Source of the DNA: Thiotrichaceae bacterium UBA5859
Lineage (GTDB): Bacteria > Pseudomonadota > Gammaproteobacteria > UBA5859
Reading direction: 5' to 3'
Assembly: GCA_002432655.1 (NCBI GenBank)
Contig: DJFZ01000005.1
Location: 191,314-255,313, forward strand
Length of the DNA stretch: 64,000 bases
The notes under the pieces are model-generated. The model was not told the origin of the DNA, did no database searches, and was given only the letters and a program-made list of their open reading frames with translations. Within the stretch, counting starts at the first letter, position 1, and every line of letters starts with the position of its first letter. The position numbers were made by a program, and so were the translations under genes. This document shows, piece after piece, positions 32,865 to 43,125 of the stretch.

Positions 32865-33536
32865 ATGATGTCTGAGCATGTTATTGAGATTAACGATCTC
32901 TATTTCAAATATAACGAAACCAGTGATTGGCTATTGAAAGATCTAGAGCTTTCAGTAGAGAAAGGTGAGTTTATCGCGATACGCGGGCCGAGTGGTGTCG
33001 GTAAGAGCACTCTATTGAATTTAATCGCACTGTTGGCGAAACCTGATAAAGGTGAAATTCGCTTAATTGGCCAAGATGTAACAAACTTTACAGAGTCGGA
33101 GGCAACTGTTTGGCGACGACAAAATCTTGGTTTTGTATTTCAACAATTTCATTTGTTACCCCATTTAACGGTCGTGGAAAATATTCAATTACCTTTAGCG
33201 CTCAATCAAATGGACCTAGCACCACCACAGCTGACGGAGATATTGCATACCTTGGATATTAATGATCTTTGTCATAAATATCCCCGCCATCTTTCTGGAG
33301 GTCAGATGCAACGCGTGGCGATAGCCAGAGCAATGATTCATCAACCTTCTATTTTATTGGCAGATGAGCCAACTGGAAACTTGGATGAAGAGCTTTCCGA
33401 TGAAGTGCTTAAATTAATGGTCAGGCAAATCAAACTGCGACTGGTGAGTACTTTGATGGTGACTCATTCAGATGCGGCTGCATCCTATGCGGATAAGGTC
33501 TACTATTTTGAAAATCATCATCTTGTCTTGGCGTAG
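32865..33536 (+). CDS. ABC transporter ATP-binding protein (YbbA/LolD-like)
   Basis: Walker A GPSGVGKSTLLN, signature LSGGQMQRVAIARA, Walker [13 protein letters not shown]. Confidence 0.9.
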   Translation: MMSEHVIEINDLYFKYNETSDWLLKDLELSVEKGEFIAIRGPSGVGKSTLLNLIALLAKPDKGEIRLIGQDVTNFTESEATVWRRQNLGFVFQQFHLLPHLTVVENIQLPLALNQMDLAPPQLTEILHTLDINDLCHKYPRHLSGGQMQRVAIARAMIHQPSILLADEPTGNLDEELSDEVLKLMVRQIKLRLVSTLMVTHSDAAASYADKVYYFENHHLVLA

Positions 33537-36063
33537 CTTCTCGCTGATAGTGAAAAGTGTTTTTTGGGGGCCAATCAGGTTTCATCCTGGCCGAACAATT
33601 ACAATGCTAATCAGTGTGGTCATTGGTGTTGCATTATGTGTCGCAGTAGATGCTATCAATAGTGCAGCATTAAAGCAGTTTCAGGCGAGCGCGAGTATGT
33701 TATCGGCTCAAGCAGATTTTTATCTTGAGTCACGTGAAGGAAAGATTGACTCCGCCCTATTACAAGAAATCAATTCTTGGACAGAAGTGGATAAAACCTA
33801 TCCAATGATTAAACGTGATTGGCCGATCCGCTATAAAGAAGAGCATCACTCAATAAGGATAACAGCGTTTGATTTTTCACAGGATGACAGATTTGACGCA
33901 TTGGGCGATATTGGGTCGGCACTGAAATTACTGGCTTTGCCGTTTCCTTTTGCGATTCCGGCGTTGGTCTCTTCCGAGACCTTAACCCAGTTCGGATGGA
34001 AGACTAACAGTCAGATCCAACTGGATACAGGGACAGAGCAACAATCAGTTGCTCTAGTAGCGGCAATCCCCGCCAACGGTTTAATCACAGATGGTTTGCT
34101 AATAGATATTCAACAGGCCAGACAGCGATTGAATGTAGGCAGTGAAATAGACAGATTGGATATTCGATTAAAGAACCCGGAGCTTGCTTATTCCGTTCGA
34201 GAAAGAATTACCACAAATTGGCCAGGCCTAATTATTTCAGATGCATTGATTGATCGCCAGCGAGTCAAAGCCATGACTCGGGCATACCGTATTAATTTAG
34301 GAATGCTTTCGTTAGTGGCATTGCTGACTGCCGGTTTTCTTGTTTTTAGTTTGTTATCTCTTTCGTTTCGGCGTCGGCGAGAGCAATTACATCTACTGCG
34401 ATTACTGGGTTTATCTCGTATTTCGTTGCTATCTAACTTGGTAGTTGAAAGTCTATTGATAGGTGTAATCGGTAGTAGCTTAGGCTTATTGTTGGGTATG
34501 GTGTTAGCGCAAGTAGGTGTGTATACATTAGGTGGTGATTTGGGAGCGGGATATTTTCAATTTGATGTGTCTACTATTGAGCTGCAACTTCAAAAGATTT
34601 CAATATACTTTTTCCTCGGATTAGGTGTGTCTGTATTGAGTAGTGTGATTCCTATTTGCATGATATTTTTAGAGACCAAACAACCTATGCTCCGATCTGG
34701 ATCGTCAGAAGATATACGTTGGATTTCAGCAAAGACAGGATTAATAGTTGCGATGTTACTGATCGTCCTGGCGTATTATTTAGCGAGTCAGCCTGCTTTT
34801 GCCTCTCTACCGGTCGGTGGCTACGGAGCCATCGTAGCCTGTTTACTTAGTGGCTATCTAATTTTACCCACGCTTATTCAGTTGTGTTTAGGTTGGGTTC
34901 GATTGGCTAGGGTATCGCCCGCTATGTTTGTGGCTATTAATCAACTGAGAGGTGCGCCAGCCCGAGCGGCCAATGCGAGTGGTGCAGTGTTAGTCAGTTT
35001 TGCATTGCTAGTGGCTATGACCTTGATGGTATATTCATTTCGCACAACTGTTGTCGCTTGGTTGGATGATGTATTGGCAGCAGACTACTATTTGTTTGTT
35101 AAAGGTGAACAGCCTTCTTTTCGCTTTCAACCTGTAGATTTAGAACGGATTCGAAAGATGCCGTCTATCTTGAAGGCATCGCCAATTTTGGATATGGACT
35201 ATCTATATGGTGAAAATGCAATGAATCATCCGATCAAATTCAGTACGAGAGATTTTACAGACACGGACATCAGAGCGCTATTTATTAGAGATAAAGATAA
35301 AGCCATAAAGTTCGATCGATGGAACGAAGTAATTGTTTCGGAAACCTTCTCTGGCATATATAAAAAGGGAGTTGGTGACTCTATTCAACTCGACATTCAA
35401 GGCCATAGTCACTCGTTCCAAATCGCAGCTATATGGCGTGATTATGGGTATCAGTATGGGCGTATATTGATGGACTATGAACGCTATCAGGAACTATCTG
35501 GCACCAGTAACTTTAACGGTATAGGGGTATTAACAGAATCACATGTTTCATCCGCCCAATTGAGAACACTACTGAAACAACAGCTACCAGAGCGGTTGTA
35601 TCTAGAGTTGGTCAGTAGCGCAGAAATCAAAGCTATTAGTATTAAAATATTTGACAGAACGTTTGCGATAACTTACGTCTTAGTCTTTATTGCCGGGGTT
35701 GTGGGGCTGTTTTCCGTGATAAATACTTTGGCGATGCAATCCCGAGAGCGGTTAGCAGAGTTCGGGATGTTGAGACACTTAGGGATGAATTCTTTTGCTG
35801 TAGCGAACTGTATGGCATTGGAATCTATGTTACTGATGGCGGTTGGTGTGGTCGCAGGAACCTTATTGGGATTGGGCATATCAGTAATATTGATTCAGGT
35901 CGTGAATGCACAATCTTTTCATTGGACCATTGATACTTATTTTCCTGTCTATCAACTCGTACTGTTTGTTGTGGGATGGGTAGTTTCCAGTTGGGTGGCC
36001 GGAATAATTTTTGGGTGGCAAACTGCCCGTCACGATCCAGTTGCGGCAGTTCGATCAGAATAG
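33472..36063 (+). CDS. FtsX-like ABC transporter permease, duplicated module (YbbP-like)
   Basis: About 850 aa with TM clusters at the N-terminus, middle and C-terminus separated by two large soluble domains. It directly follows the ATPase. The track start overlaps the ATPase gene by 65 nt. The real start is probably downstream, for example TTG 33508 before KIIILSWRSF. Confidence 0.85.
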   Translation: MRLHPMRIRSTILKIIILSWRSFSLIVKSVFWGPIRFHPGRTITMLISVVIGVALCVAVDAINSAALKQFQASASMLSAQADFYLESREGKIDSALLQEINSWTEVDKTYPMIKRDWPIRYKEEHHSIRITAFDFSQDDRFDALGDIGSALKLLALPFPFAIPALVSSETLTQFGWKTNSQIQLDTGTEQQSVALVAAIPANGLITDGLLIDIQQARQRLNVGSEIDRLDIRLKNPELAYSVRERITTNWPGLIISDALIDRQRVKAMTRAYRINLGMLSLVALLTAGFLVFSLLSLSFRRRREQLHLLRLLGLSRISLLSNLVVESLLIGVIGSSLGLLLGMVLAQVGVYTLGGDLGAGYFQFDVSTIELQLQKISIYFFLGLGVSVLSSVIPICMIFLETKQPMLRSGSSEDIRWISAKTGLIVAMLLIVLAYYLASQPAFASLPVGGYGAIVACLLSGYLILPTLIQLCLGWVRLARVSPAMFVAINQLRGAPARAANASGAVLVSFALLVAMTLMVYSFRTTVVAWLDDVLAADYYLFVKGEQPSFRFQPVDLERIRKMPSILKASPILDMDYLYGENAMNHPIKFSTRDFTDTDIRALFIRDKDKAIKFDRWNEVIVSETFSGIYKKGVGDSIQLDIQGHSHSFQIAAIWRDYGYQYGRILMDYERYQELSGTSNFNGIGVLTESHVSSAQLRTLLKQQLPERLYLELVSSAEIKAISIKIFDRTFAITYVLVFIAGVVGLFSVINTLAMQSRERLAEFGMLRHLGMNSFAVANCMALESMLLMAVGVVAGTLLGLGISVILIQVVNAQSFHWTIDTYFPVYQLVLFVVGWVVSSWVAGIIFGWQTARHDPVAAVRSE

Positions 36064-36078
36064 AATTGGAAAGGAACC

Positions 36079-36804
36079 CTATAAATTGAGGATCATTTCC
36101 CACTCCTCAGCCGAAGGTTCAAATTCTCTACCTTTATAAAATTCGAAAATCGCGTCTACAACCTCTTTTGCAGAATCAGCGATCTGAATGAGAGCCAAAT
36201 CTTGTTCGTCGATCATGTTCTCACCCAACATTCTCTCTGTGACCCAATCCAGAAGGCCTTGCCAGTAGGGGGAATGTACCAAAACGATGGGTATCTGGCG
36301 GGATTTGCCGGTTTGAACCAAGGTTAAGATTTCGGCTAGTTCATCCAAAGTACCAAATCCACCCGGCAACACCACATAGGCTGACGCATATTTCACAAAC
36401 ATCACTTTGCGGGCAAAGAAGTGCCTAAAATGGAGAGAAATATCTTGATATTCATTGGCGCACTGCTCATGGGGTAAAATGATGTTCAATCCGATGCTGG
36501 GTGAGCTGCCAGCGGCAGCACCTTTATTGACCGCTTCCATGATTCCAGGTCCACCACCACTGACTACCGAAAAGCCAGAGTTTGAAAGCTCATTGGCAAT
36601 ATTTTCTGCCAATTTATAATATGGATGAACCTCTGCCATCCGGGCAGAACCGAAAATGCTTACGGAAGGTTTGATTTTCGCTAGTTTTTCAAATCCTTCT
36701 ACAAACTCCGCGATAATCTGAAAGATCTTCCAGGATTCGCGGGTTAATGCGCGATCGTTTAGTGGCTCCATACGCAGGTGGGCAGAGGGATCTAATTCAT
36801 CCAT
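36079..36804 (-). CDS. LOG-family (TIGR00730-type) nucleotide phosphoribohydrolase
   Basis: GGGPGIMEA and PGGFGTLDE motifs. 241 aa. Confidence 0.88.
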   Translation of the reverse strand: MDELDPSAHLRMEPLNDRALTRESWKIFQIIAEFVEGFEKLAKIKPSVSIFGSARMAEVHPYYKLAENIANELSNSGFSVVSGGGPGIMEAVNKGAAAGSSPSIGLNIILPHEQCANEYQDISLHFRHFFARKVMFVKYASAYVVLPGGFGTLDELAEILTLVQTGKSRQIPIVLVHSPYWQGLLDWVTERMLGENMIDEQDLALIQIADSAKEVVDAIFEFYKGREFEPSAEEWEMILNL

Positions 36805-36843
36805 AATAGTATCTCTTATATTGTTTCGAAAAGTTTAAGTGCT

Positions 36844-39525
36844 ATGAATTCACCTAAGCCGATTATCTTGGTTGATGGCTCCTCTTTTCTATATCGGGCG
36901 TATCACGCGATGCCTACACTAACAAATTCGAAAGGGGTGCATACTGGGGCAATTTACGGCGTGGTCAATATGTTACGTCGTTTGTTAAGGGAAGTTCAGC
37001 CGGATTGCATGGCCGTGGTGTTTGATGCTAAGGGAAAAACCTTTCGTGATGAATGGTATCCCCAATATAAAGCCAACCGGCCGCCCATGCCCGAAGATTT
37101 GCGGGAGCAGATAGAGCCTTTACATGCCATTATTCAGGCCCTGGGTATCCCCATAATCGTTGAGCCAGGAGTTGAAGCGGATGACGTGATAGGCACTTTG
37201 GCAGCTCAAGTGGAAACTTTGAAAAGAGCTACCTGGATCGTCTCTGGTGATAAAGATTTAGCACAATTAGTGAATCAGCATGTGTTGCTTTACGACACCA
37301 TGAAGGAAGAAAAATATGGACCCAGTGAGATAGAAGATAAGTTTGGTGTGAAACCGGCACAAATCGTCGATTACTTAACTCTAGTTGGAGACACAGTCGA
37401 CAATATACCGGGCGTACCAAAGGTGGGGCCTAAAACCGCAGCGAAGTGGTTGGATATGTACGGTGACTTGAATGCGATTCTAGATTCAGCTGACGAGATT
37501 AAGGGACAAGTTGGCAATCACTTGCGACAATGTCGCGAACAACTTCCGCTATCTAAAAAACTGGTTACCATAGTGAGAGATCTAGATTTAGAGGTGGAGG
37601 TGGATGAGCTACATATTGGTGACCCTGATGAGCAGGAACTAAAAAATTTGTATCAGGAGTTAGAATTCAAAGGTTGGCTGAAGGAGTTACTGGATAGAGA
37701 ACCTCAATCTACTCTGGCGCCGGTGTATGAAATAGTACTCACGGAGAGCCAATTGAATCATTGGATAGACAAATTAACTGAAGCGGAGTTATTTGCCTTT
37801 GATACTGAGACCACCAGCCTGAACTATATGCAGGCGGAGTTAGTCGGCGTCTCTTTTTCTGTGGAGCCTGGGGTAGCTGCTTATGTACCATTGGCCCATG
37901 ACTATGAAGGTGCGCCTCCGCAGTTGGATAGAGAAAAGGTTCTCGAGTTATTGAAACCGCTGCTGGAGAGTGAATCGCCTGCAAAGCTAGGACAAAATTT
38001 AAAATATGACATGAATGTTTTGGCTAATTACGACGTTCATCTGAAGGGGATAGAATTTGACACCATGTTGGAATCCTATGTTTTGGATAGCACAGTGACA
38101 CGCCATGATATGGATTCGTTAGCGCTAAAATATTTGGGACATAACTGCATTCATTTTGAAGATATTGCGGGTAAAGGCAAAAACCAACTCACTTTTAACC
38201 AAATACAAATCGAACAAGCGGGACCATACGCTGCCGAGGATGCTGATATTACGTTGCAACTACATCAGGTTTTGTGGCCGAAATTGTCTCAGCACGATGC
38301 GCTTAAGACTGTGTTTATTGACATAGAGATACCATTGGTAACGGTACTATCGCGTATGGAAAGAAATGGTGTTTTGTTGGATGCGGACAAATTAAAACAA
38401 CAAAGCAAAGAGCTTAGTCAGGAATTAGAACAGCTTGAACAACAGGCATTTCAGGAGGCAGGTAGGACATTCAATTTAAACTCCCCAAAACAGATCCAAG
38501 AAATTTTATATAAAGAGTTAGATCTGCCAGTATTGGCGAAAACTCCGAAGGGACAACCCTCTACCGCGGAGCCGGTTCTACAGGAATTGGCACAAGACTA
38601 CCTTTTGCCTGAATTAATTTTGCAATATAGAAGTCTCAGCAAGCTTAAATCTACCTATACGGATAAGTTGCCTGAACTGGTATCCCGCGATACGGGTCGG
38701 GTGCACACTTCCTATCATCAAGCGGTTGCCAGCACTGGTCGATTGTCTTCTTCCGATCCTAATTTACAGAATATTCCAATACGTACAGAAGCAGGCAGAA
38801 GAATCAGGCAAGCTTTTGTCGCACCTGCAGGCTCTCAATTACTTGCTGCCGATTATTCTCAAATCGAACTGCGTATCATGGCCCATCTATCACGCGATCC
38901 CACATTGTTAGAAGCGTTTTCGTTGAATTTAGATATTCACCGAGCTACTGCAGCAGAAGTATTCGCAGTGGATCTGACTGATGTGAGCGATGAGCAGCGG
39001 CGCCGAGCAAAAGCAATAAACTTCGGGTTGATATATGGTATGTCGGCTTTTGGTTTGGCTAAACAGATCAAAGTATCTCGGGCAGAAGCACAACGCTATA
39101 TTGATATCTATTTTGAACGTTATCCAGGCGTGCACAGGTACATGGATGAGACGGTGGCCCGCGCTAAGGAAGAAGGGTTCGTAGAAACCATATTTGGTCG
39201 TCGACTCTATCTTCCAGAGATTAATTCGCGCAATGCTCAGCGGCGGCAGTATGCAGAGCGTACGGCGATTAACGCACCGATGCAGGGGAGTGCTGCAGAT
39301 ATCATTAAAAAGGCGATGATCACATCAGATGAAATAATTAAAAAGGATAAATACGATGCAAAAATGATTCTGCAAGTACATGATGAGCTTGTATTCGAAG
39401 TGAAACAGAGTGCTCTAGAAAAAATGAAAAATAATATTAAAGATTGCATGGAACAGGCCGTTCAATTGGATGTACCACTTGTCGTCAACATCGGAATGGG
39501 CAACAATTGGGACGAAGCACACTAA
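36844..39525 (+). CDS. polA: DNA polymerase I
   Basis: 893 aa. 5' nuclease N-terminus (ILVDGSSFLYRAYHA), 3'-5' exonuclease motif (FAFDTETTSL), and polymerase motifs (DYSQIELRIMAH, RRRAKAINFGLIYG, QVHDELVFE). Confidence 0.97.
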   Translation: MNSPKPIILVDGSSFLYRAYHAMPTLTNSKGVHTGAIYGVVNMLRRLLREVQPDCMAVVFDAKGKTFRDEWYPQYKANRPPMPEDLREQIEPLHAIIQALGIPIIVEPGVEADDVIGTLAAQVETLKRATWIVSGDKDLAQLVNQHVLLYDTMKEEKYGPSEIEDKFGVKPAQIVDYLTLVGDTVDNIPGVPKVGPKTAAKWLDMYGDLNAILDSADEIKGQVGNHLRQCREQLPLSKKLVTIVRDLDLEVEVDELHIGDPDEQELKNLYQELEFKGWLKELLDREPQSTLAPVYEIVLTESQLNHWIDKLTEAELFAFDTETTSLNYMQAELVGVSFSVEPGVAAYVPLAHDYEGAPPQLDREKVLELLKPLLESESPAKLGQNLKYDMNVLANYDVHLKGIEFDTMLESYVLDSTVTRHDMDSLALKYLGHNCIHFEDIAGKGKNQLTFNQIQIEQAGPYAAEDADITLQLHQVLWPKLSQHDALKTVFIDIEIPLVTVLSRMERNGVLLDADKLKQQSKELSQELEQLEQQAFQEAGRTFNLNSPKQIQEILYKELDLPVLAKTPKGQPSTAEPVLQELAQDYLLPELILQYRSLSKLKSTYTDKLPELVSRDTGRVHTSYHQAVASTGRLSSSDPNLQNIPIRTEAGRRIRQAFVAPAGSQLLAADYSQIELRIMAHLSRDPTLLEAFSLNLDIHRATAAEVFAVDLTDVSDEQRRRAKAINFGLIYGMSAFGLAKQIKVSRAEAQRYIDIYFERYPGVHRYMDETVARAKEEGFVETIFGRRLYLPEINSRNAQRRQYAERTAINAPMQGSAADIIKKAMITSDEIIKKDKYDAKMILQVHDELVFEVKQSALEKMKNNIKDCMEQAVQLDVPLVVNIGMGNNWDEAH

Positions 39526-39687
39526 GCCACTCTTAACTTGTATCACGTAGCATTTATTTCTTGAGGTTCATTTTTCACTGTGATATAGGTATGTTTTCGA
39601 TTCACGCATTGCGATGCAATGTAAGCTACCAAGTTAGATCTATGTTGGTAGGTAACGATCCCCGGCGACCCCAGGCCGGGTAAATTC

Positions 39688-39727
39688 ACCCCGGTTCCTC
39701 CCCCCTTATAAACCGGGGTATTTTTTT
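39688..39727 (+). terminator. Rho-independent terminator between polA and engB
   Basis: ACCCCGGTT-(14 nt)-AACCGGGGT forms a 9-bp stem followed by ATTTTTTT. It is preceded by another hairpin, CCCGGC-(8 nt)-GCCGGG, at 39661-39680. Confidence 0.75.
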
Positions 39728-39748
39728 GCCTAAAGAAAAGTATTGCTC

Positions 39749-40354
39749 TTAATTCAGACCGAGCTTAATCGCGATTATGGTTCTGGCTTCATTGAGTCCC
39801 AGCTTCTTTGTCGCGGAAAAGAGTATTACGTCAATTTTGTTTTTGTATTTGGTGCAGTGTGTGTTGACCAATTTCAGCTGTTTCTGCCGCTCACTCTGAT
39901 TTAACTTGTCGGTTTTCGTGAGCAGAATAAGTACAGCTAGATTTGAGGATTGGCACCATGCCAACATTTGCTGATCATAATCTGTTAAGGGGTGACGCAC
40001 ATCCATTACTAGCACCAATGCTTTTAAGCATTGGCGCTGTTGTAAATATTCAGACAAGGTATGTTGCCAGCGGCGCTTCATAGCCTGGGCTACTTTCGCG
40101 TAACCATAGCCAGGTAGGTCTACCAGCCGGTTTTCCGCGTCTAGCTGAAAGAAATTGATCTGCTGCGTTCGGCCTGGGGATTTACTCGTGCGGGCGAGGC
40201 TGCGTCTGAGTGTCAAGGCATTGATAGCACTGGATTTTCCAGAATTTGAGCGGCCGGCAAAAGCCACCTCTGCGCCCTCATCTGGTGGTAGTTGGGAGAG
40301 ATCGGCTGCCCCCCCCATGAATTGGGCTTGCTGAAAAAAAGCTTGTAAGTTCAT
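39749..40354 (-). CDS. engB: ribosome biogenesis GTPase EngB/YihA
   Basis: G1 motif GRSNSGKSSAINAL, G3 DLPGYG, G4 TKTDK. It is convergent with polA, as in E. coli and Pseudomonas. Confidence 0.93.
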   Translation of the reverse strand: MNLQAFFQQAQFMGGAADLSQLPPDEGAEVAFAGRSNSGKSSAINALTLRRSLARTSKSPGRTQQINFFQLDAENRLVDLPGYGYAKVAQAMKRRWQHTLSEYLQQRQCLKALVLVMDVRHPLTDYDQQMLAWCQSSNLAVLILLTKTDKLNQSERQKQLKLVNTHCTKYKNKIDVILFSATKKLGLNEARTIIAIKLGLN

Positions 40355-40484
40355 TAGAAGTTAGAGATCCCTATATTATTTCTCATGATCGTGTAGAATG
40401 GCGCCGCAATCGGGATTACCCCAGAGAATGTGGGCGATAAATATAAAGTGATAACCTTCAGGCGAGATAATTGTATCTCAGGTA

Positions 40485-40835
40485 TTGAATGATTATGGAG
40501 ATGATGTCATGAAGAAACTTGGTGCCGTAATCGGGTTTTGTCTATTGTCTGTAGCGACTTTTGCGCAAGCGGAAGAGGATGGCAAGAAAATTTATGAGAG
40601 TGCTTGTTTTGCTTGTCACAATTCAGGAATAGCAGGTGCACCTAAGTTAGGGGATGCCGAACAGTGGGGTTCACGTTTAGAAAAGGGTGTGGCGACCATT
40701 AAACAAAACGCCATTAAGGGATTTTCTGGTAGTACCGGATTTATGCCTGCTAAAGGTGGTCGCGCGGATCTTTCCGATGCAGCCGTAGAGGCGGCCGTGG
40801 ATTACATGTTATCTCAATCAATCACTTCTGAATAA
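40485..40835 (+). CDS. cytochrome c5 (monoheme class I c-type cytochrome)
   Basis: Signal peptide, a single CFACH heme site and a downstream Met ligand region (GFMPAKGG). The likely start is ATG 40509, preceded by GGAGA. Confidence 0.85.
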   Translation: MNDYGDDVMKKLGAVIGFCLLSVATFAQAEEDGKKIYESACFACHNSGIAGAPKLGDAEQWGSRLEKGVATIKQNAIKGFSGSTGFMPAKGGRADLSDAAVEAAVDYMLSQSITSE

Positions 40836-40858
40836 TCTAGGGCTAAGAGGAGTTCTCC

Positions 40859-41485
40859 ATGAGTTCGCGTTCCCTTCTTGGTATTGCTTTAGCACTATTT
40901 TCCCAGTTGCCGATGGCGGCTTCTAACCAACATGGATCACAGCCAGATGCGAAAGCTGGCGAACAGGCCGCAGCGGTCTGTGCCAGTTGTCATGGAGTCA
41001 AAGGTGAAAGTTCAAATGCACTTTTTCCCAGTATGGCTGGTCAAAATGAAAAATATATCATTAAACAAATCAATGACTTTAAGTCCTCAACTCGCTTAGA
41101 TCCGGTAATGAACGCGCAGGTAGCGAATCTCTCAGAAAAGACCATTGCCAATATTGCTGCATTTTATGCGCAGCAGAGTATGCCGACAGGGGAGGCGGAT
41201 CCTGCGGTGGTTGAACTGGGTGAGGCCATTTATCGAGGTGGAAATTTAACTAAGCAGATCACCGCTTGTGGCGCTTGTCACGGACCATCTGGTGCGGGTA
41301 ATCCGCCTGCCGGCTTTCCCCAATTAGCAGGACAACAGGCAGCTTATACAGTAAAACAACTACAAGCTTTCCGTACTGGGGAACGTGCCAATGATGCGAA
41401 TGAAGTGATGCGTGACATCGCTGAACGCATGAGTGACGCCGAAATCAAGGCGGTCGCGGAATATATTCGCGGTCTCAGACCCTAA
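40859..41485 (+). CDS. cytochrome c4 (diheme)
   Basis: Signal peptide and two heme sites, CASCH and CGACH, in two repeated halves. 208 aa. Confidence 0.9.
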   Translation: MSSRSLLGIALALFSQLPMAASNQHGSQPDAKAGEQAAAVCASCHGVKGESSNALFPSMAGQNEKYIIKQINDFKSSTRLDPVMNAQVANLSEKTIANIAAFYAQQSMPTGEADPAVVELGEAIYRGGNLTKQITACGACHGPSGAGNPPAGFPQLAGQQAAYTVKQLQAFRTGERANDANEVMRDIAERMSDAEIKAVAEYIRGLRP

Positions 41486-41506
41486 TACTGAAAATCAGCT
41501 ATCACG

Positions 41507-41537
41507 AAAAAGGGAGCTTATGCTCCCTTTTCTTTTT
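41507..41537 (+). terminator. Rho-independent terminator after cytochrome c4
   Basis: AAAAAGGGAGC-TTAT-GCTCCCTTTTCTTTTT. Confidence 0.7.
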
Positions 41538-41608
41538 GTCGAATAAGAATATGGGTAGCGAAATCTCTGATAAAATCTAAATTAGTCGGTCTGCAAAGGA
41601 GTGATAGA

Positions 41609-42262
41609 GTGAACTTTCGAACTAAACGCTGGTACCACGATTTTTTAATAGGTTTGTTATTGTGGCTGTGTGCTTGGACGCTAAATGCCGCCGAGGCCAT
41701 TGTTGAAGGCGAACACTATTTCCTCATAGAACCTGCTCAGGAGACAGCAGATCCTGACAAAATAGAAGTGCGGGAATATTTTTGGTATGGCTGTCCCCAT
41801 TGTTACCAATTCGAGCCCCTATTAGAACGATGGGTTGAAAACACACCCACTGATGTGGCGTTTAGACGTGAACCGGCAGCATTGGGTAAGCATTGGGTCA
41901 ATCATGCGAAAGCTTATTATGCAGCAGAACAACTTGGTGTCTTAGATCAAGTGCACGGTGCGTTGTTTGAGGCCATGCATGTAGAAAAACAACGCTTGAG
42001 TAGTGAAAAAGAACTGGCTAAATTTTTTGCTAAATTCGGCGTGCAACGTGACGCATTTGAAAAAGCATTTTCCTCTTTTTCTGTAGATTCACAACTTCGA
42101 AAATCTCGTGCTGAGATGTTGGCCACAGGTGCGACTGGTGTGCCTGTGATTATTGTGAATGGTAAATATCGTACTGATGGTCCAGCAGCAGGAAGTCATG
42201 AACGTTTGTTGGAAGTGGTAGATTATTTAATTCGGCGAGAACGTGCTGCGAATACTCAATAG
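41609..42262 (+). CDS. dsbA: thiol:disulfide interchange protein DsbA
   Basis: Signal peptide and the FWYGCPHCYQFEP active site. 217 aa. GTG start. Confidence 0.9.
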   Translation: MNFRTKRWYHDFLIGLLLWLCAWTLNAAEAIVEGEHYFLIEPAQETADPDKIEVREYFWYGCPHCYQFEPLLERWVENTPTDVAFRREPAALGKHWVNHAKAYYAAEQLGVLDQVHGALFEAMHVEKQRLSSEKELAKFFAKFGVQRDAFEKAFSSFSVDSQLRKSRAEMLATGATGVPVIIVNGKYRTDGPAAGSHERLLEVVDYLIRRERAANTQ

Positions 42263-42288
42263 AATGAGCGGAAGTTGGGATCCCCGCT

Positions 42289-43125
42289 ATGTCCAATAAA
42301 AACCAGATCAGGGTGCATCGCGGCGCTCATCAAGAAATGAAGTCTAGTTTGTCAGCAGAGGCGCGACTTCGATTGGTGAGTTATAACATTCAAGTTGGAA
42401 TAGAAACCAATCGTTATCGAGATTATGTGAGTGGCAGTTGGCGTCATTTTTTGCCTTGTTCCAGGAGGCAAAGAAACCTAGAACACATTGCTAACCTGAT
42501 TCGGGACTACGACATTGTGGCGTTGCAGGAAGTGGATGCCGGTAGCTTACGTGGAGACTACATCAACCAAGTTGAATACTTGGCCATGCGAGGAAATTTT
42601 CCTCATTGGTATTTGCAGATCAACCGCAATTTAGGTCGATTTGCGCAACATGCACTTGGCTTACTCAGTCGGATACCTCCACAAGAGATCACAGAGCATA
42701 AATTACCAGGCGTTGTGCCGGGTCGAGGCGCTATGGTGGCTCGGTTTGGAAGCGGGGCACGTCCGTTGGTGGTGGTGATCCTCCATCTGGCTTTAGGACG
42801 GAGAACAAGAAATTTACAATTAGAATTTGTACGAGAATTAACCAAAGATGACAGGCATGTCATTTTGATGGGTGACTTCAACTGTGAAGCAGAAGAATTG
42901 ATGCGTGAATCACCTTTAGTGGATTCGCCGTTTATCATCGCCGATGAGAGCTTGCATACATTTCCCAGCTGGGCACCACAAAAAAAATTAGACCATATTT
43001 TATTGACTCATCACTTTCCTATTCAGCAGGCGTTTGTCCTTGAAAACGCTACTTCAGATCATCTCCCTCTTGCGGTTGAAGTGGAATTACCCCATGAATT
43101 GAAAAAATCACTGGTGAAAGGTTAG
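42289..43125 (+). CDS. endonuclease/exonuclease/phosphatase (EEP) family protein
   Basis: EEP motifs in order: SYNIQ, ALQEVD, GDFNC, SDHLPL. Confidence 0.8.
   Translation: MSNKNQIRVHRGAHQEMKSSLSAEARLRLVSYNIQVGIETNRYRDYVSGSWRHFLPCSRRQRNLEHIANLIRDYDIVALQEVDAGSLRGDYINQVEYLAMRGNFPHWYLQINRNLGRFAQHALGLLSRIPPQEITEHKLPGVVPGRGAMVARFGSGARPLVVVILHLALGRRTRNLQLEFVRELTKDDRHVILMGDFNCEAEELMRESPLVDSPFIIADESLHTFPSWAPQKKLDHILLTHHFPIQQAFVLENATSDHLPLAVEVELPHELKKSLVKG

Noticed and set aside
33472-33536. 65-nt overlap between the ABC ATPase gene and the FtsX-like permease gene.
   Set aside because: This is an artefact of taking the first in-frame ATG. The conserved permease N-terminus (KIIILSWRSF...) begins near TTG 33508, which gives an ordinary short overlap.
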